Of a stretch of DNA of 64,000 bases, positions 25,096 through 35,235 are shown piece by piece (position 1 is the stretch's first letter; each line of letters starts with the position of its first letter). Origin of the DNA: an uncultured Planctomycetota bacterium (lineage in GTDB: Bacteria; Planctomycetota; Planctomycetia; Isosphaerales; Isosphaeraceae); NCBI GenBank assembly GCA_963823665.1, contig CAWGMQ010000004.1, forward strand, positions 2,528,001 through 2,592,000. The letters are read 5' to 3'. The translations under genes and the position numbers were made by a program. The notes under the pieces were generated by a model. That model saw nothing but the letters and a program-made list of their open reading frames with translations, was not told the origin of the DNA and did no database searches.

Positions 25096-28000
25096 GGGGG
25101 GGGACTTGGGGGTGCGGTCTTTGATGACGGCGGCAGCTTCACGGCCGAGGGTTGCACGTTCGTGAACAATCAAGCCGTGGGCGGGCAAGGCGGCGGGGGT
25201 CCCGGCACGTTGGCTTCCCGACCCGGAATTGGGGGCGGCGGCGGAGGTATGGGCGCCTCGGCTCCCACAAACGGAAACGGTGGAGGAGTTCACGGCGGTC
25301 AGCTCGAGTTGTCCGGCGGCTTCGGTGGTGGCGGTGGCGGTGCCACGATCACCGGCGGCGGCCACCGCGGCGGTTTTGGCGGTGGTGGTGGCGGTGGGGG
25401 CAGCTTGAGCCCCGGCAGCGAGGAAGGGGGCCTTGGCGGCTTCGGCGGTGGTGGTGGCGGCGGCAGCTTTGGCTATCCCAGCCTCTTCGGCGGCGGCAAG
25501 GGCGGTAGTTGGCTCTACATCGGTGGTGGCGGCGGCGGAGCCGGGCTGGGCGGAGGCATCTTCAACAATCAGGGTACGATCACGCTGGCCGATGACACTT
25601 TCACCGGTAACTCCGCCCGAGGCGGCAGCGGCGGCATTAGCGGCAGCGACAGCGGTGTTGGCGCCGGCGCCGCGGGCGAAGGGCTTGGCGGTGCAGTATT
25701 CACACGCAACGGCAGCATCGACGCCACGTTCGTGACCTTTAGCGGCAATACAGCCGCGGACGGGGCCACCGACCTCTACGTCTTGAGCGACGTGTCCAGT
25801 GGCGGCGACGGCTCGAGCCCGCCCAAGCTCCCCCGCGGCTCCGCCACGGCACAGCTCGTCAACTGCATTCTCGGCCAGAACGGGGCCACGACCGTAGCCG
25901 ATTTCTTCGCCTGGGGCGACACTATAGGCGGCTTTACCGCCACTGCGCCCAGCTTTACCGGCAGCACCGATAACCTGGTCACGCTCAATGGTGGCGGATC
26001 CGACGGGTTGCCGGCGGGCGCGCTCGTCAGCGGCACCAACCCGCATTTCGCGGCCGCCGGGCTCTCCAAGAACGGCGGGGCGACAAAGACGATCGCTCTG
26101 ACGGCGGCGAGCACGGCGGCGATCGGGACGGGAGCGACTGGAACCGGGGTCGCTGTCGATGAGCGCGGCGTGGCGCGGGCAGCGGTGCCGGACCTTGGCG
26201 CCTTTGCATTTTCCACTGGCCATAGCTACGTGGTCACCAACACCAGTTACAGCAGCATCGGCAGTCTGGGCGCCGCCATCGGGGGTGCCGTCATCGCAAA
26301 CGACCCAAGTGCCACGATCACCTTCAGCCTTCCCAACAATTCCACGATCCAGCTCGATTCGAGCGACTTCAACTCGGCTGCGGCCGAGTATGGCCCGACG
26401 GCGTACTTCATCAACGGCAAGAGCGGCACCAGCATCACCATCGACGGTTCCGGAGCACCGGGCCTGGTGATCGACGGCGGCAACGTCGTGCGCCTCTTCA
26501 CCGTGGCGGACGGTGACTCGCTGAGCTTGGAGAACTTGACGCTGCAACATGGCTATGCGTTCGGGGGCGCAGGCTCCGGGGCCGGCGGCGGCGCGGGATT
26601 GGGGGGCGCGGTCTTCGATGACGGCGGCAGTTTCACGGCTCTAGGCTGCACGTTCGTTAATAACCAAGCCGTGGGGGGGAAGGGCGGTAGCGGCACGGGC
26701 GGCGGGGGCGGCGGCCTCGGAGGTGCGGCTTCCTCAAATGGAGACGGGGGCGGAGTCAACGGCGGCGGCCTCCACGAGGACGGTGGCTTCGGCGGCGGCG
26801 GCGGCGCTGGTGGCGGCAACGGTGGCTTCGGCGCCGGGGGCGGCGGCAGCGAGAGCAGCGGCATCGGCGGCGACGGTGGCACTGGTGGCTTCGGCGGCGG
26901 GGGCGGCGGCAGCTTCGGCCACGATGGCGGCGGCGGCATGAGCGTCGGCTTCGGCGGTGGCATCGGCGGCTACGACGGCGTCGGTGGCGGCGGCGGCGGC
27001 ATGGGCGGGGGTATCTTCAGCAACCAGGGAGCCATCACGCTGACAAACGATACCTTCACCGCCAACTCCGCGATCGGCGGCAGCCGCGGCGGGCCCGACG
27101 CCACCGCAGGCGCGAGCCTCGGCGGGGCCGTCTTCGCTCGCAACGGCAGCGTCGATGCGACCTTCGTGACCTTCAGCGCCAATTCCGCCGTCGGCGGGGG
27201 CACCGACCTCTACGTCTTGAACGACGTGAGCAACGGCGGCAACAGCACGAGCCCGGCCACCGGCTCGGCCACGGCCCAGCTCGTCAACTGCATTCTGGGC
27301 CAGAACGCGGCGACGACCAAATCCGACTTCTTCGCGGGCCAGAATGGCACGCCAGTCCTGCCCACCTTTAGCGGCAGCAGCAATAACCTGGTCACTCTTG
27401 ATGGCAATGGGGCGGGATCCAACGGCTTGCCCGCGGGCGCGCTCGTCAGCGGCACCGACCCGAACTTCGCGGCCGCCGGATTGTCCAACAACGGCGGGGA
27501 CACAAAGACGATCGCTCTGACGGCGGCGAGCACGGCGGCGCTTGGGACCGGAGCGACCGGAACCGGCATCACGGTCGATCAGCGCGGCGTCTCGCGAGGA
27601 ATGGCTCCGGATCTTGGCGCCTATCAGATCGTGACCCCTGCCACGACTCCGACTGTAACGGCTGTCAGCTCTACCACGGCGAACGGGAGATACGGGGTAA
27701 GCTCGGTCATCACGCTCACCCTCGGCTGGAGCCAGGCCGTGGTGGTCACGGGCACGCCGGAACTGGCGCTCGACTCAGGCGGCACGGCCAGTTACTCAAG
27801 CGGCAGCGGCACGAGCACTCTGACCTTCATTTACACTGTCGCCGCAGGCCAGTCCGCCGATCCACTCGATGAAATGTCGAGTACCGCGCTGTCCCTCAAC
27901 GGCGGCACGATCTTTGACGCTTTGACCGACTCGAGCGCCGCCAACCTCACGTTGCCGGTGCCGGGGTCAGGCGGTTCGATCGCTGGTACCGCGTCGATCA

Positions 28001-28509
28001 TCATCGACACGACTGCTCCGACGGTCACGCAGTATGACGTCATCTTCGGAATTGATAACCTGACGTACAATCTGATCGGTTCGACCCGCTACGATCTCCC
28101 CTGGCAGATCACCGGCATCAAGATCGTCTTCAGCGAGCCGATCAGCACGGCCAACGTCAACAGCTTGACCGGCCTGTCCACGACCGGATTCAGGGGGCTG
28201 GGCACGAACACGCTGGTCTGGTCGATCAGTAGCATCACGCAGGGAACCTTCTCTACCAGCGTCATCAATAGCGGGATGAATGCCATCAAGGACGCCGCGG
28301 GCAACACTCTTGCCAGTCCGTCCAGCCAGAACTTCAAGGTCCTTTATGGAGATTTCAACGGGGACGGGGTCGTGAGCAGCGCCGACATGCTTGGCGTTTA
28401 CGACGCCATGAGCCAAACCTACAACATCTTCGCCGACTTGAACGGCGATGGCGTTGTGAATACGACGGACGTTCAGATTGCTCGCAGCCGCATCGGCGCA
28501 CAGATATGA
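25096..28509 (+). CDS. Gly-rich surface protein with duplicated choice-of-anchor-Q-like units and C-terminal type I dockerin (N-terminus missing)
   Basis: Two homologous units ending NGGxTKTIAL...DxRG...DLGA; GDFNGDGVVSSAD...ADLNGDGVVNTTD dockerin. Confidence 0.8.
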   Translation, partial: GGGLGGAVFDDGGSFTAEGCTFVNNQAVGGQGGGGPGTLASRPGIGGGGGGMGASAPTNGNGGGVHGGQLELSGGFGGGGGGATITGGGHRGGFGGGGGGGGSLSPGSEEGGLGGFGGGGGGGSFGYPSLFGGGKGGSWLYIGGGGGGAGLGGGIFNNQGTITLADDTFTGNSARGGSGGISGSDSGVGAGAAGEGLGGAVFTRNGSIDATFVTFSGNTAADGATDLYVLSDVSSGGDGSSPPKLPRGSATAQLVNCILGQNGATTVADFFAWGDTIGGFTATAPSFTGSTDNLVTLNGGGSDGLPAGALVSGTNPHFAAAGLSKNGGATKTIALTAASTAAIGTGATGTGVAVDERGVARAAVPDLGAFAFSTGHSYVVTNTSYSSIGSLGAAIGGAVIANDPSATITFSLPNNSTIQLDSSDFNSAAAEYGPTAYFINGKSGTSITIDGSGAPGLVIDGGNVVRLFTVADGDSLSLENLTLQHGYAFGGAGSGAGGGAGLGGAVFDDGGSFTALGCTFVNNQAVGGKGGSGTGGGGGGLGGAASSNGDGGGVNGGGLHEDGGFGGGGGAGGGNGGFGAGGGGSESSGIGGDGGTGGFGGGGGGSFGHDGGGGMSVGFGGGIGGYDGVGGGGGGMGGGIFSNQGAITLTNDTFTANSAIGGSRGGPDATAGASLGGAVFARNGSVDATFVTFSANSAVGGGTDLYVLNDVSNGGNSTSPATGSATAQLVNCILGQNAATTKSDFFAGQNGTPVLPTFSGSSNNLVTLDGNGAGSNGLPAGALVSGTDPNFAAAGLSNNGGDTKTIALTAASTAALGTGATGTGITVDQRGVSRGMAPDLGAYQIVTPATTPTVTAVSSTTANGRYGVSSVITLTLGWSQAVVVTGTPELALDSGGTASYSSGSGTSTLTFIYTVAAGQSADPLDEMSSTALSLNGGTIFDALTDSSAANLTLPVPGSGGSIAGTASIIIDTTAPTVTQYDVIFGIDNLTYNLIGSTRYDLPWQITGIKIVFSEPISTANVNSLTGLSTTGFRGLGTNTLVWSISSITQGTFSTSVINSGMNAIKDAAGNTLASPSSQNFKVLYGDFNGDGVVSSADMLGVYDAMSQTYNIFADLNGDGVVNTTDVQIARSRIGAQI

Positions 28510-28612
28510 TCGATCGATCTTGGCCCGAGCCAGCTCGAGCGCTGCGGGCGAATCGCTCTGGCTTCCAGACTTTGGTTTTTCCGTTCTCGACGAATAAAGA
28601 AGGAGGCTCTTC

Positions 28613-29270
28613 ATGCACGGTTCGTTCGCGGCTTGGTCACGGCGCTGCATTCTATCCGCCGCGTTTGCGGGGTTTTTGCCGTGCGCGGGCCCGCCTGCTC
28701 GCGCCGGTATCACCGTGTCGGTCCAAAGCGTTTCGGCCGCCGCGGGCACATCGGGCAATACCCTGGAGGTCGACGTGCAAAACACGGGCGCATCCGTCGA
28801 CATCGCCGCGTTTTCGTTCGAGATTTTGGTGCCTTCCGGCAGCGGCGTCACCTTTACCGGGGCCGACATCTCCACATCGCTCGCCACATATATCTTTGCG
28901 GGGAATTCGTTCTTCGGGCCCGACATCGCCTTTAGCACAGGCACGACCCTTGATGCCGGGGACCTTGCGGTCACGGGCTCCACGACCCTGGGTAGCGGTG
29001 GCACTCTAGGTCTGGGCCTGGTGTCCTTCGACCTCGCCGCTGGAGCCCCACTTGGTCCGGTGACTGTATCCCTGACAGGCTACCCGTTCACCAGCCTGAC
29101 CGACCCGGATCAGAGCAATGTCCCGATCGACACGCTGGAGGCCGGCACGATCACGATCTCGGGCGGCGCTGTTCCCGAGCCCTCGTCGCTGATTTTGGGG
29201 ACACTCGGATTCCTGGGCGCTGCTTGCCTGGTGCGCACCCATGCGGCCGTCGGCGGCGTGAACCCTGCGG
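28613..29270 (+). CDS. PEP-CTERM sorting domain protein
   Basis: Signal peptide ending PARA; VPEPSSLILGTLGFLGAACLVR; ORF reads on into the tRNA remnant, so the end is uncertain. Confidence 0.85.
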
Positions 29271-29350
29271 TACCGGTGGTGGGAATCGAACGCACACGGG
29301 GTTGCCCACACGAGCTCTCCCCCCAGTGGATTTTAGGTGCTCGACGTCTG
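29271..29350 (-). pseudogene. degenerate tRNA-Leu(UAA) 3' remnant (att-like scar)
   Basis: 32/37 identity to 63620-63656 (acceptor and T arm), then a ~15-nt insertion and a decayed anticodon arm. Confidence 0.75.
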
Positions 29351-29362
29351 ACGCGCTATTGG

Positions 29363-29583
29363 CACATAAGGTGCCTTACGTCGTGTTCATCCCGCACAAG
29401 TACGACGGGAAGACGCACCATCCCGTTCATGGCGACGCCGACCATTCCATGCCCGCTGCCAAAACCCGCGAGCTGATCGCCGCTCTCGAGAAAATCAGCG
29501 GCCATCCCAAATACACCGAGTACCCGGGTGTCGGTCACACTCCCGAGAAGGCCTATCACGAGAAGGACTCTATCACTCGCTGA
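29363..29583 (+). pseudogene. internally deleted alpha/beta-hydrolase (esterase/peptidase) remnant
   Basis: N-terminal-type YVVFIPHKYDGKT joined almost directly to C-terminal HGDAD...PKYTEYPGVGH; catalytic GxSxG region missing. Confidence 0.6.
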
Positions 29584-29763
29584 AGGAGCAAAAGAGGCCG
29601 TGACGAACGCCCGTGTCCGTTTGCGCCGTGCCGCTCGCGCTCATCATTGACGGCATAGCTCCTTCGGGCCTGCACGACACACTCGGAAAGACTTACGACT
29701 GATATCGTGCCATTCGGGACAGTCCCGCTTTCTCGTGCCCGCTTTCTCGTGGCGCGGGACGTT

Positions 29764-30399
29764 TCAGTCGCGGAGAAGGAGGGCGGCCAGCTCGTCGAGC
29801 AGGCGGCGGTCGTCGGGTTTGAGACCGTGCTGCGCGGCGCTCTGGAGCACCGTATCGCGAATGGCCGCATGCGCGCGCCGTGCTTCCTCAAGATCGCCGC
29901 GGGCAATTGCCAGGCGTGCATGGTTGAAGAGTTGAAGTGCGCTCGGATGTTTGCTGCTCAGCGCGTGCGCCACGTCGAACGGCGCGTCGGGGGCAGGCTG
30001 CTGCTGGGTCATTCGCATCCAGCCTGCGCAGACAGCACAGATGAGCAAGAGTGCGGCGAGCGCAGGCCGGCGCGGGGCGGGACGAGGAGTTGCCCGCAAC
30101 AGGATCGCCACGCTGCCGAGCTGGAGGACTTCGCCGGGCATCAGTATCCCGGTTTGGCCGGGCGGTACGATTCGCTGGCCGCAGAAGACCGGCAGGTTGC
30201 CGAGATTTTTCACGAGTGCGTGGCGGCCGTGAGGTGTGACAAGTGCCGACCCTTCGGGGACGGCGATCGTGGCATCGGGCGGCGGGGCGATGCGGCAGCC
30301 CGCGATGCCCTTGAGAGGATGGACGATGCCATCGACGACGAGCTCCAAACGACCCACATCGCGCGAATGAAGTTGTGCGGCCACGATCTCCTCCGACAC
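29764..30399 (-). CDS. FHA-like domain + TM protein, last gene of Tad operon
   Basis: LVKNLG...GQRIV...ILMPGEVLQLGSVAILL resembles the FHA C-terminal strands; TM ALAALLLICAVCAGW. Confidence 0.5.
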   Translation of the reverse strand: MSEEIVAAQLHSRDVGRLELVVDGIVHPLKGIAGCRIAPPPDATIAVPEGSALVTPHGRHALVKNLGNLPVFCGQRIVPPGQTGILMPGEVLQLGSVAILLRATPRPAPRRPALAALLLICAVCAGWMRMTQQQPAPDAPFDVAHALSSKHPSALQLFNHARLAIARGDLEEARRAHAAIRDTVLQSAAQHGLKPDDRRLLDELAALLLRD

Positions 30400-30444
30400 G
30401 CGTGATCAGCCATGAGGGAACAGGCAGCGCTTTCGAGCAGCCGG

Positions 30445-31308
30445 CTAGAACTGTTCGAATGCGTGCAAGATGAACGGAACCGTGATTACGAGGATGCATG
30501 CCAGCGATATCAAGAGCACGGGGCCCGAGAGTTTTGCGCGGGCTTCTTCTGCGACCTTCTGGTTGCGTGCGGCGTCGCGCTCGCGAAGCTGGCGGGCGAT
30601 TGACCGAAACGTGGAGACGAGCGCGACGCCGGTTTCCTCGCCGCGCGCCAGCTCGACGGCGACTTGGCGGAGGTCTGGGTGAGCGCTCATGACCACCGAC
30701 TTACGCGCGGCTGAAGCGAGAGTTTGGCCGCCGTCGACGGCGCGGGAGAGCTGGGCGAGCTCGTCTCCCGCGGGATGGCCGACGAGCTCGGCGGCGACAG
30801 ACCGGACGGATGCGGCGGGGCTGGCGCCGGCGGCGAGCTGAGCGACCATCAATTCCGCGGCGAACGAGAGGCGAGTGCGAATGCGCGCCAGGCGCGCGGC
30901 TGCTCGATGGGCGAGATCGCGCCGCGCGTAAGAGGGATACCAGAGCGCGAACAGGGCGCCGATTGCGATCCCGGGCCATCCGACGGCCAGCGCGGCAGCG
31001 GCGGATACTGAGGCGCCGCCTGCCCAGCCGGCAACGCGGGAGCGCGCCAGGAATTCGGCTCCGTTCCAGAACACCGGGTCGGCAGCGATTCGGAGCTGCT
31101 CGGTGACTGCGATGGCTTCCTTGTCAGGAATGCGGGCCGCGACGCGCGTGATCCACGAGCCGAGGTAACGGTACACGAAGTCGGATCGGCGCAGATTATC
31201 GTATCGCGCGAGCTCGTCGCCGGGTTGAGCGGGTTGAAGAACGTGGCAAGCGACGGCGACACCGACCGCAGCCCACAGAAAGATTGCAAGCCAGAAGACG
31301 AGTTGCAT
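30445..31308 (-). CDS. tadC: TadC-like T2SS F-family inner membrane protein
   Basis: TM helices, GEETGVALVSTFRSIARQLRE...AEEARAKLSGPVLL; position after tadB. Confidence 0.82.
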   Translation of the reverse strand: MQLVFWLAIFLWAAVGVAVACHVLQPAQPGDELARYDNLRRSDFVYRYLGSWITRVAARIPDKEAIAVTEQLRIAADPVFWNGAEFLARSRVAGWAGGASVSAAAALAVGWPGIAIGALFALWYPSYARRDLAHRAAARLARIRTRLSFAAELMVAQLAAGASPAASVRSVAAELVGHPAGDELAQLSRAVDGGQTLASAARKSVVMSAHPDLRQVAVELARGEETGVALVSTFRSIARQLRERDAARNQKVAEEARAKLSGPVLLISLACILVITVPFILHAFEQF

Positions 31309-31327
31309 GGGTCATGCCCTTTCTCGA

Positions 31328-32159
31328 TCAAGAATCGCCCGAGGCGCGTTCGATAATGCGCTGGCCGAGTCGGGCGCCCTGGTAGACGAGAACGCCAGCG
31401 CCAAGAGCACGAGCTGGCCGCGCCGGAGAAGAGGGAGGCAGTGCCGTCGGGAAACAGGACGAACATGATGAGCACGAACGCGATGGGGAAGGCGGTGAGC
31501 AGCCGGAGCTGCTGGCGGCCGGAGGCTGTCTGCACCTCGGCATAGCGCTCGCTGCGCTGGCGCTCTCTTACCGATTCGGCGACGGCGTCGAGGCATTCGG
31601 CCATCGGGCCGCCGGTGCGCCTGCAGGTAAGCACGGTGGTTGCGAAGAGCGTGACGCAGTCGATGTTGACGCGGTCGCGCAAGGGGGGGAGGGCCTGTTC
31701 GAGCGTAAGCCCGCCTCCGAGCTGGCGTGAAAGCTCGAGGAGCACCTCGGCGGCGAAGCCGGCGGCGTCGCGCGCGACGGTGGCCATAGCGGATTCGACA
31801 ATCGATCCGGCGCGCACGGACTCGGCGATGGCCTGCACGGCGCTGCCGAATTGATCGCGCACCTGGCGCTTGCGCTCTGCCACGCGTGCGGCCAATCGCC
31901 AGCGTGGGACCTGCGAGATCAAGAGGGCCAACCCGGCACCGAGGAGAAACGCGCCGCGATACGCGCCGATCAAGACCGCGGCGACGGCCAGGCCGGTCCA
32001 GGCACCAATCGAGGCGCGCGCCGAGTCGCCGAGCTCGGCTGAACGGCGCTCGAGGCGGGCGACTTCGCCCCCGAATCCCATGGTGCGCAGTGCGAAGGAA
32101 TAGCGGGAGCAGGTGTAAACCGCCGCGCCGATCAACGCGGCCAGCAGGAAGGTCATCAC
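31328..32159 (-). CDS. tadB: TadB-like T2SS F-family protein (frameshifts near 3' end)
   Basis: IAESVRAG, RRTGGPMAECLDAVAESVRER...QTASGR. Confidence 0.85.
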
Positions 32160-33957
32160 GCAACTCCTTTGAAAAGATCCTGGGGAGTCAAGCCGCCGGC
32201 ATTCTGGAGGCGCTGAAAATGACGAGAGACGAAGCCGGTCGGCCTGAGTCTCTGTTCGATGGGATCGAAACCGAACAGGGTCTTGATCGCGACCGAGCCG
32301 GAGAGATCGAAGCCGCTGACCTCGCTGATCGAGGAGACGAGCCGTTTGCCCGACGCGGTGCGAGAGAGCTGCACGACGAGGTGGACCGCGGATTCGATCT
32401 GATGGCGCACGGAGTGCGCGGGGATGTCGGCCCCGGCTTCCATGGCAAGGAATTCAAGGCGTGTGATGGCATCGCGGGGGGTGTTGGCGTGGATGGTGGT
32501 CATTGAGCCTTCGTGGCCGGTGTTCATTGCCTTGAGCATGTCGAGCGCCTCGTCGCCGCGGCATTCGCCGACGACGATGCGATCGGGCCGCATGCGAAGG
32601 GCGTTGCGCACGAGGTCGCGAATCGAGATCTTGCCTGCGCCTTCGGCGTTCGCCGACCGGGCCTCGAGCCGCACGACGTGTGTGGCGCCCAGGTGCAGTT
32701 CGGCGGTATCCTCGATGGTGATCACGCGGTCCCCGGCGGGAATGGAATCGGACAAGGCGTTGATGAGGGTTGTCTTACCGGTTCCGGTGCCGCCGGAGAC
32801 GATGCAGTTCAACCGGACGCGCACGGCGGCGGCCAGAAAACGGGCGGCGCCAGAAGGCATCGCGCCGCGGGCGACCAAGTCATCCAGGGTGAGGCGGATG
32901 GCGGGAAACTTGCGGATGGTGACCGCGGCACCGCCGACGGCAACCGGCTCCAATGCAACGTGAGCACGCGAACCGTCGACCAAGCGCACGTCGACGAGCG
33001 GGCATGCGGGGTCAACGCGGCGATCGGCGCGTGAGACGATTCGGACGATTACGTTCGCGAGCGAGGCGTTCGTCGGAAATGACCGGCCGGTGAAGAACAG
33101 GCGTCCGTCGCGCTCGACGTAGATCGCGCGGGGAGGGACGACCATGACCTCAGAGAGGAGCGGCGAATTGAGCAGATCCTCGAGAGGACCGTCGCCGAAG
33201 ACCATGTCCTTGATGGCCTTGGCGATGAAGCGGGACGCGAGGTAGTCGACGTCGGGCGGGTCAAGGCGGCGGCCTGGCCACCACGAGTCGAACTGTGCGT
33301 GGAGGGTGGCGAGGCGATCGGCGGCATCATTGCCGGAGGAAAGATCGAGAGCGGCGTCGGTGATCTGGGAATAGAGGGCTTCGCGGGGGGGGACGGGTAC
33401 GGCCGGCCGGCGCCAGGCAGGCCCATGTGATTCGGTACCAAGCAGCCGATCCTCGGCGGCGCTTTTGACCGCACGGCCCGCGAGATGGCGGCGCAATTCG
33501 GGCAGTAGCCAGAGGGGCGATCGCCGGGCGGCGTGGAGCGCGCTCTCTTCGACAGCGGCGACATCCGCCGGGCGAGGGTTCTTGAAATCGACGTTACCAA
33601 GGGAGGCCACGGTTTCATGGTGAATGGGGCCGAGGGCGGAGTCGACGTCGGCGTCGAGATCGTGCGCAGGCTGACCGGAGGCGATGAGCTGAAACTGGTA
33701 CGGTTGTGCCCGCGCGGGACGATTTCACCGATCGAGATCGTGCGCCGTTCTGAGCGCTCGCCGTCCCAGATGGTGATCTGAAACGGCCCGGCGGATGACA
33801 GCGGCTCGAAGTCGATGGCGCGGGCGAGGACAAGCGGGTGCTGGACGCGAGCCTGGCAGCCGGGGCCTGAGCCGAGCGTGAACGGCCGGTCGAGGGGAAG
33901 GCCTTCGATGGCCAGGACGTCGCCGTGTGAAAGCGTGAGCAACAGGGTGAGGGTCAT
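32156..33957 (-). CDS. cpaF: CpaF/TadA pilus ATPase with N-terminal FHA-like extension (frameshift ~33.6 kb)
   Basis: GPLEDLL, SGGTGTGKTT, TIEDTAEL, LRMRPDRIVVGECRG, NTGHEGSMTTIHAN; upstream frame FTLGSGPGCQARVQHPLV is FHA-like. Confidence 0.9.
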
Positions 33958-34700
33958 CGATCGGGCTCCGGCTGCGGGCTGGGGTCATCCTCCGAGCGGT
34001 GTACGATCAGCGAGCGCAAGTGGGGGCCGCCGCTGTTGCGGGCGGTTGCCCGGCGCAAGAGCGCGAGGTTTTCATCGGAGGAGCTCGCCGGGACAGCAAC
34101 CATCACGTGATCGCCGTAGCCGTCGGGTGAGACGGCCGCGATGCGGAGCGGACCGACCCTCGCCACCGTGGCGGCAAGCTTATCCTCGCGCGAAGCCGGC
34201 TCGTGCCGCGCGATTTCAAATGTGACGCTCGAGCCGACTCGCAGCCACTTCATGTTGTGAGCCACCGAGTCGAGACTGACCACGACGCCGTCTTCGCCCG
34301 GGCGCAACGGATTGGTTTCGAATCGGATATCGGACCAAAGGACGAGCGCGCTTGCGGGAAGCGCGCGATCGAGCGTCTTGCCCACGAGATCGTCGGCATC
34401 GCGCCAAGCCACGACGGATTCGGTGGTGCGGTCGCTCACGTCGGCGAGCTCGAAGCGGCTCAAGTCGGCCCGGCTCAGCATGTAGCCCGCCGGGCGCGCC
34501 GAGGAGATACGAACGACGGAGACCGAGCGCGGAACGGCGCTTGTCATCCACTGCCACGAGGCGAAGCTCGCGGCGAAGGCAAGGCCGAGAGCCGGCCATA
34601 ATCCCGCGCGCTCGGGGCTCAAGGCCGTTTTGACCCGGGACGCAAGATTCACAGGCATCGATGCGTTTGCAGTTTTGATCATCGCACTCAAGTCTCCCAT
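33954..34700 (-). CDS. cpaB: SAF-domain CpaB/RcpC-like pilus assembly protein
   Basis: N-terminal TM then RPAGYMLSRADL...LVGKTLDRALPASALVLWSD (SAF) and LRVGSSVTF. Confidence 0.65.
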   Translation of the reverse strand: MGDLSAMIKTANASMPVNLASRVKTALSPERAGLWPALGLAFAASFASWQWMTSAVPRSVSVVRISSARPAGYMLSRADLSRFELADVSDRTTESVVAWRDADDLVGKTLDRALPASALVLWSDIRFETNPLRPGEDGVVVSLDSVAHNMKWLRVGSSVTFEIARHEPASREDKLAATVARVGPLRIAAVSPDGYGDHVMVAVPASSSDENLALLRRATARNSGGPHLRSLIVHRSEDDPSPQPEPDR

Positions 34701-34788
34701 TCTCTTACGTGAAGCAGGGTTTGTATTTTCGCGCGAGGTGAGCTTGCTGGCGGTGTCGTGCACGGAGAAGGGCATGCCGGCAGAGCGG

Positions 34789-35235
34789 CTAGGGCCCGCT
34801 GAAGACGTGACGGAGCACCGGCTCGATCAGCTCGCGCGACGGATGAAAAACGGGATGAGACTCAGATAAATGCAGGTCGCGGTCGTCCCAGACGCCGGCG
34901 CCGGGCACGGCATGGCGCGACTCGGCGAAACGTTGCGGGCCGGTGATCGGTGGCAGGCCCGGGACGGGGAGGCGCGCGGTCCTTCGAACGAGGTCGGCCG
35001 CCACGGAGAGGCGGCCGGGGTTAAGGGGCGATCTTGAGTGTTCTAGATCGCGGTCTTCCCACGCCTGGCGGTGCGCCTGCATGGCCGCGGCGATCGCAGC
35101 ATTGCCGGCGTAACCCACCGCGAAGGTGAGCGCGACGACCGAAAGCAGCAAGGGGATACCGATCAGGAGCTCGATCGCGGCGGCGCCTCGCCGGGATGAC
35201 GCTGATTGCAGCATGCAAGAGCGGGCCATCGTCAA
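34789..35235 (-). CDS. TadE-like pseudopilin
   Basis: RRG/AAAIEL prepilin cleavage motif followed by TM. Confidence 0.75.
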   Translation of the reverse strand: MTMARSCMLQSASSRRGAAAIELLIGIPLLLSVVALTFAVGYAGNAAIAAAMQAHRQAWEDRDLEHSRSPLNPGRLSVAADLVRRTARLPVPGLPPITGPQRFAESRHAVPGAGVWDDRDLHLSESHPVFHPSRELIEPVLRHVFSGP

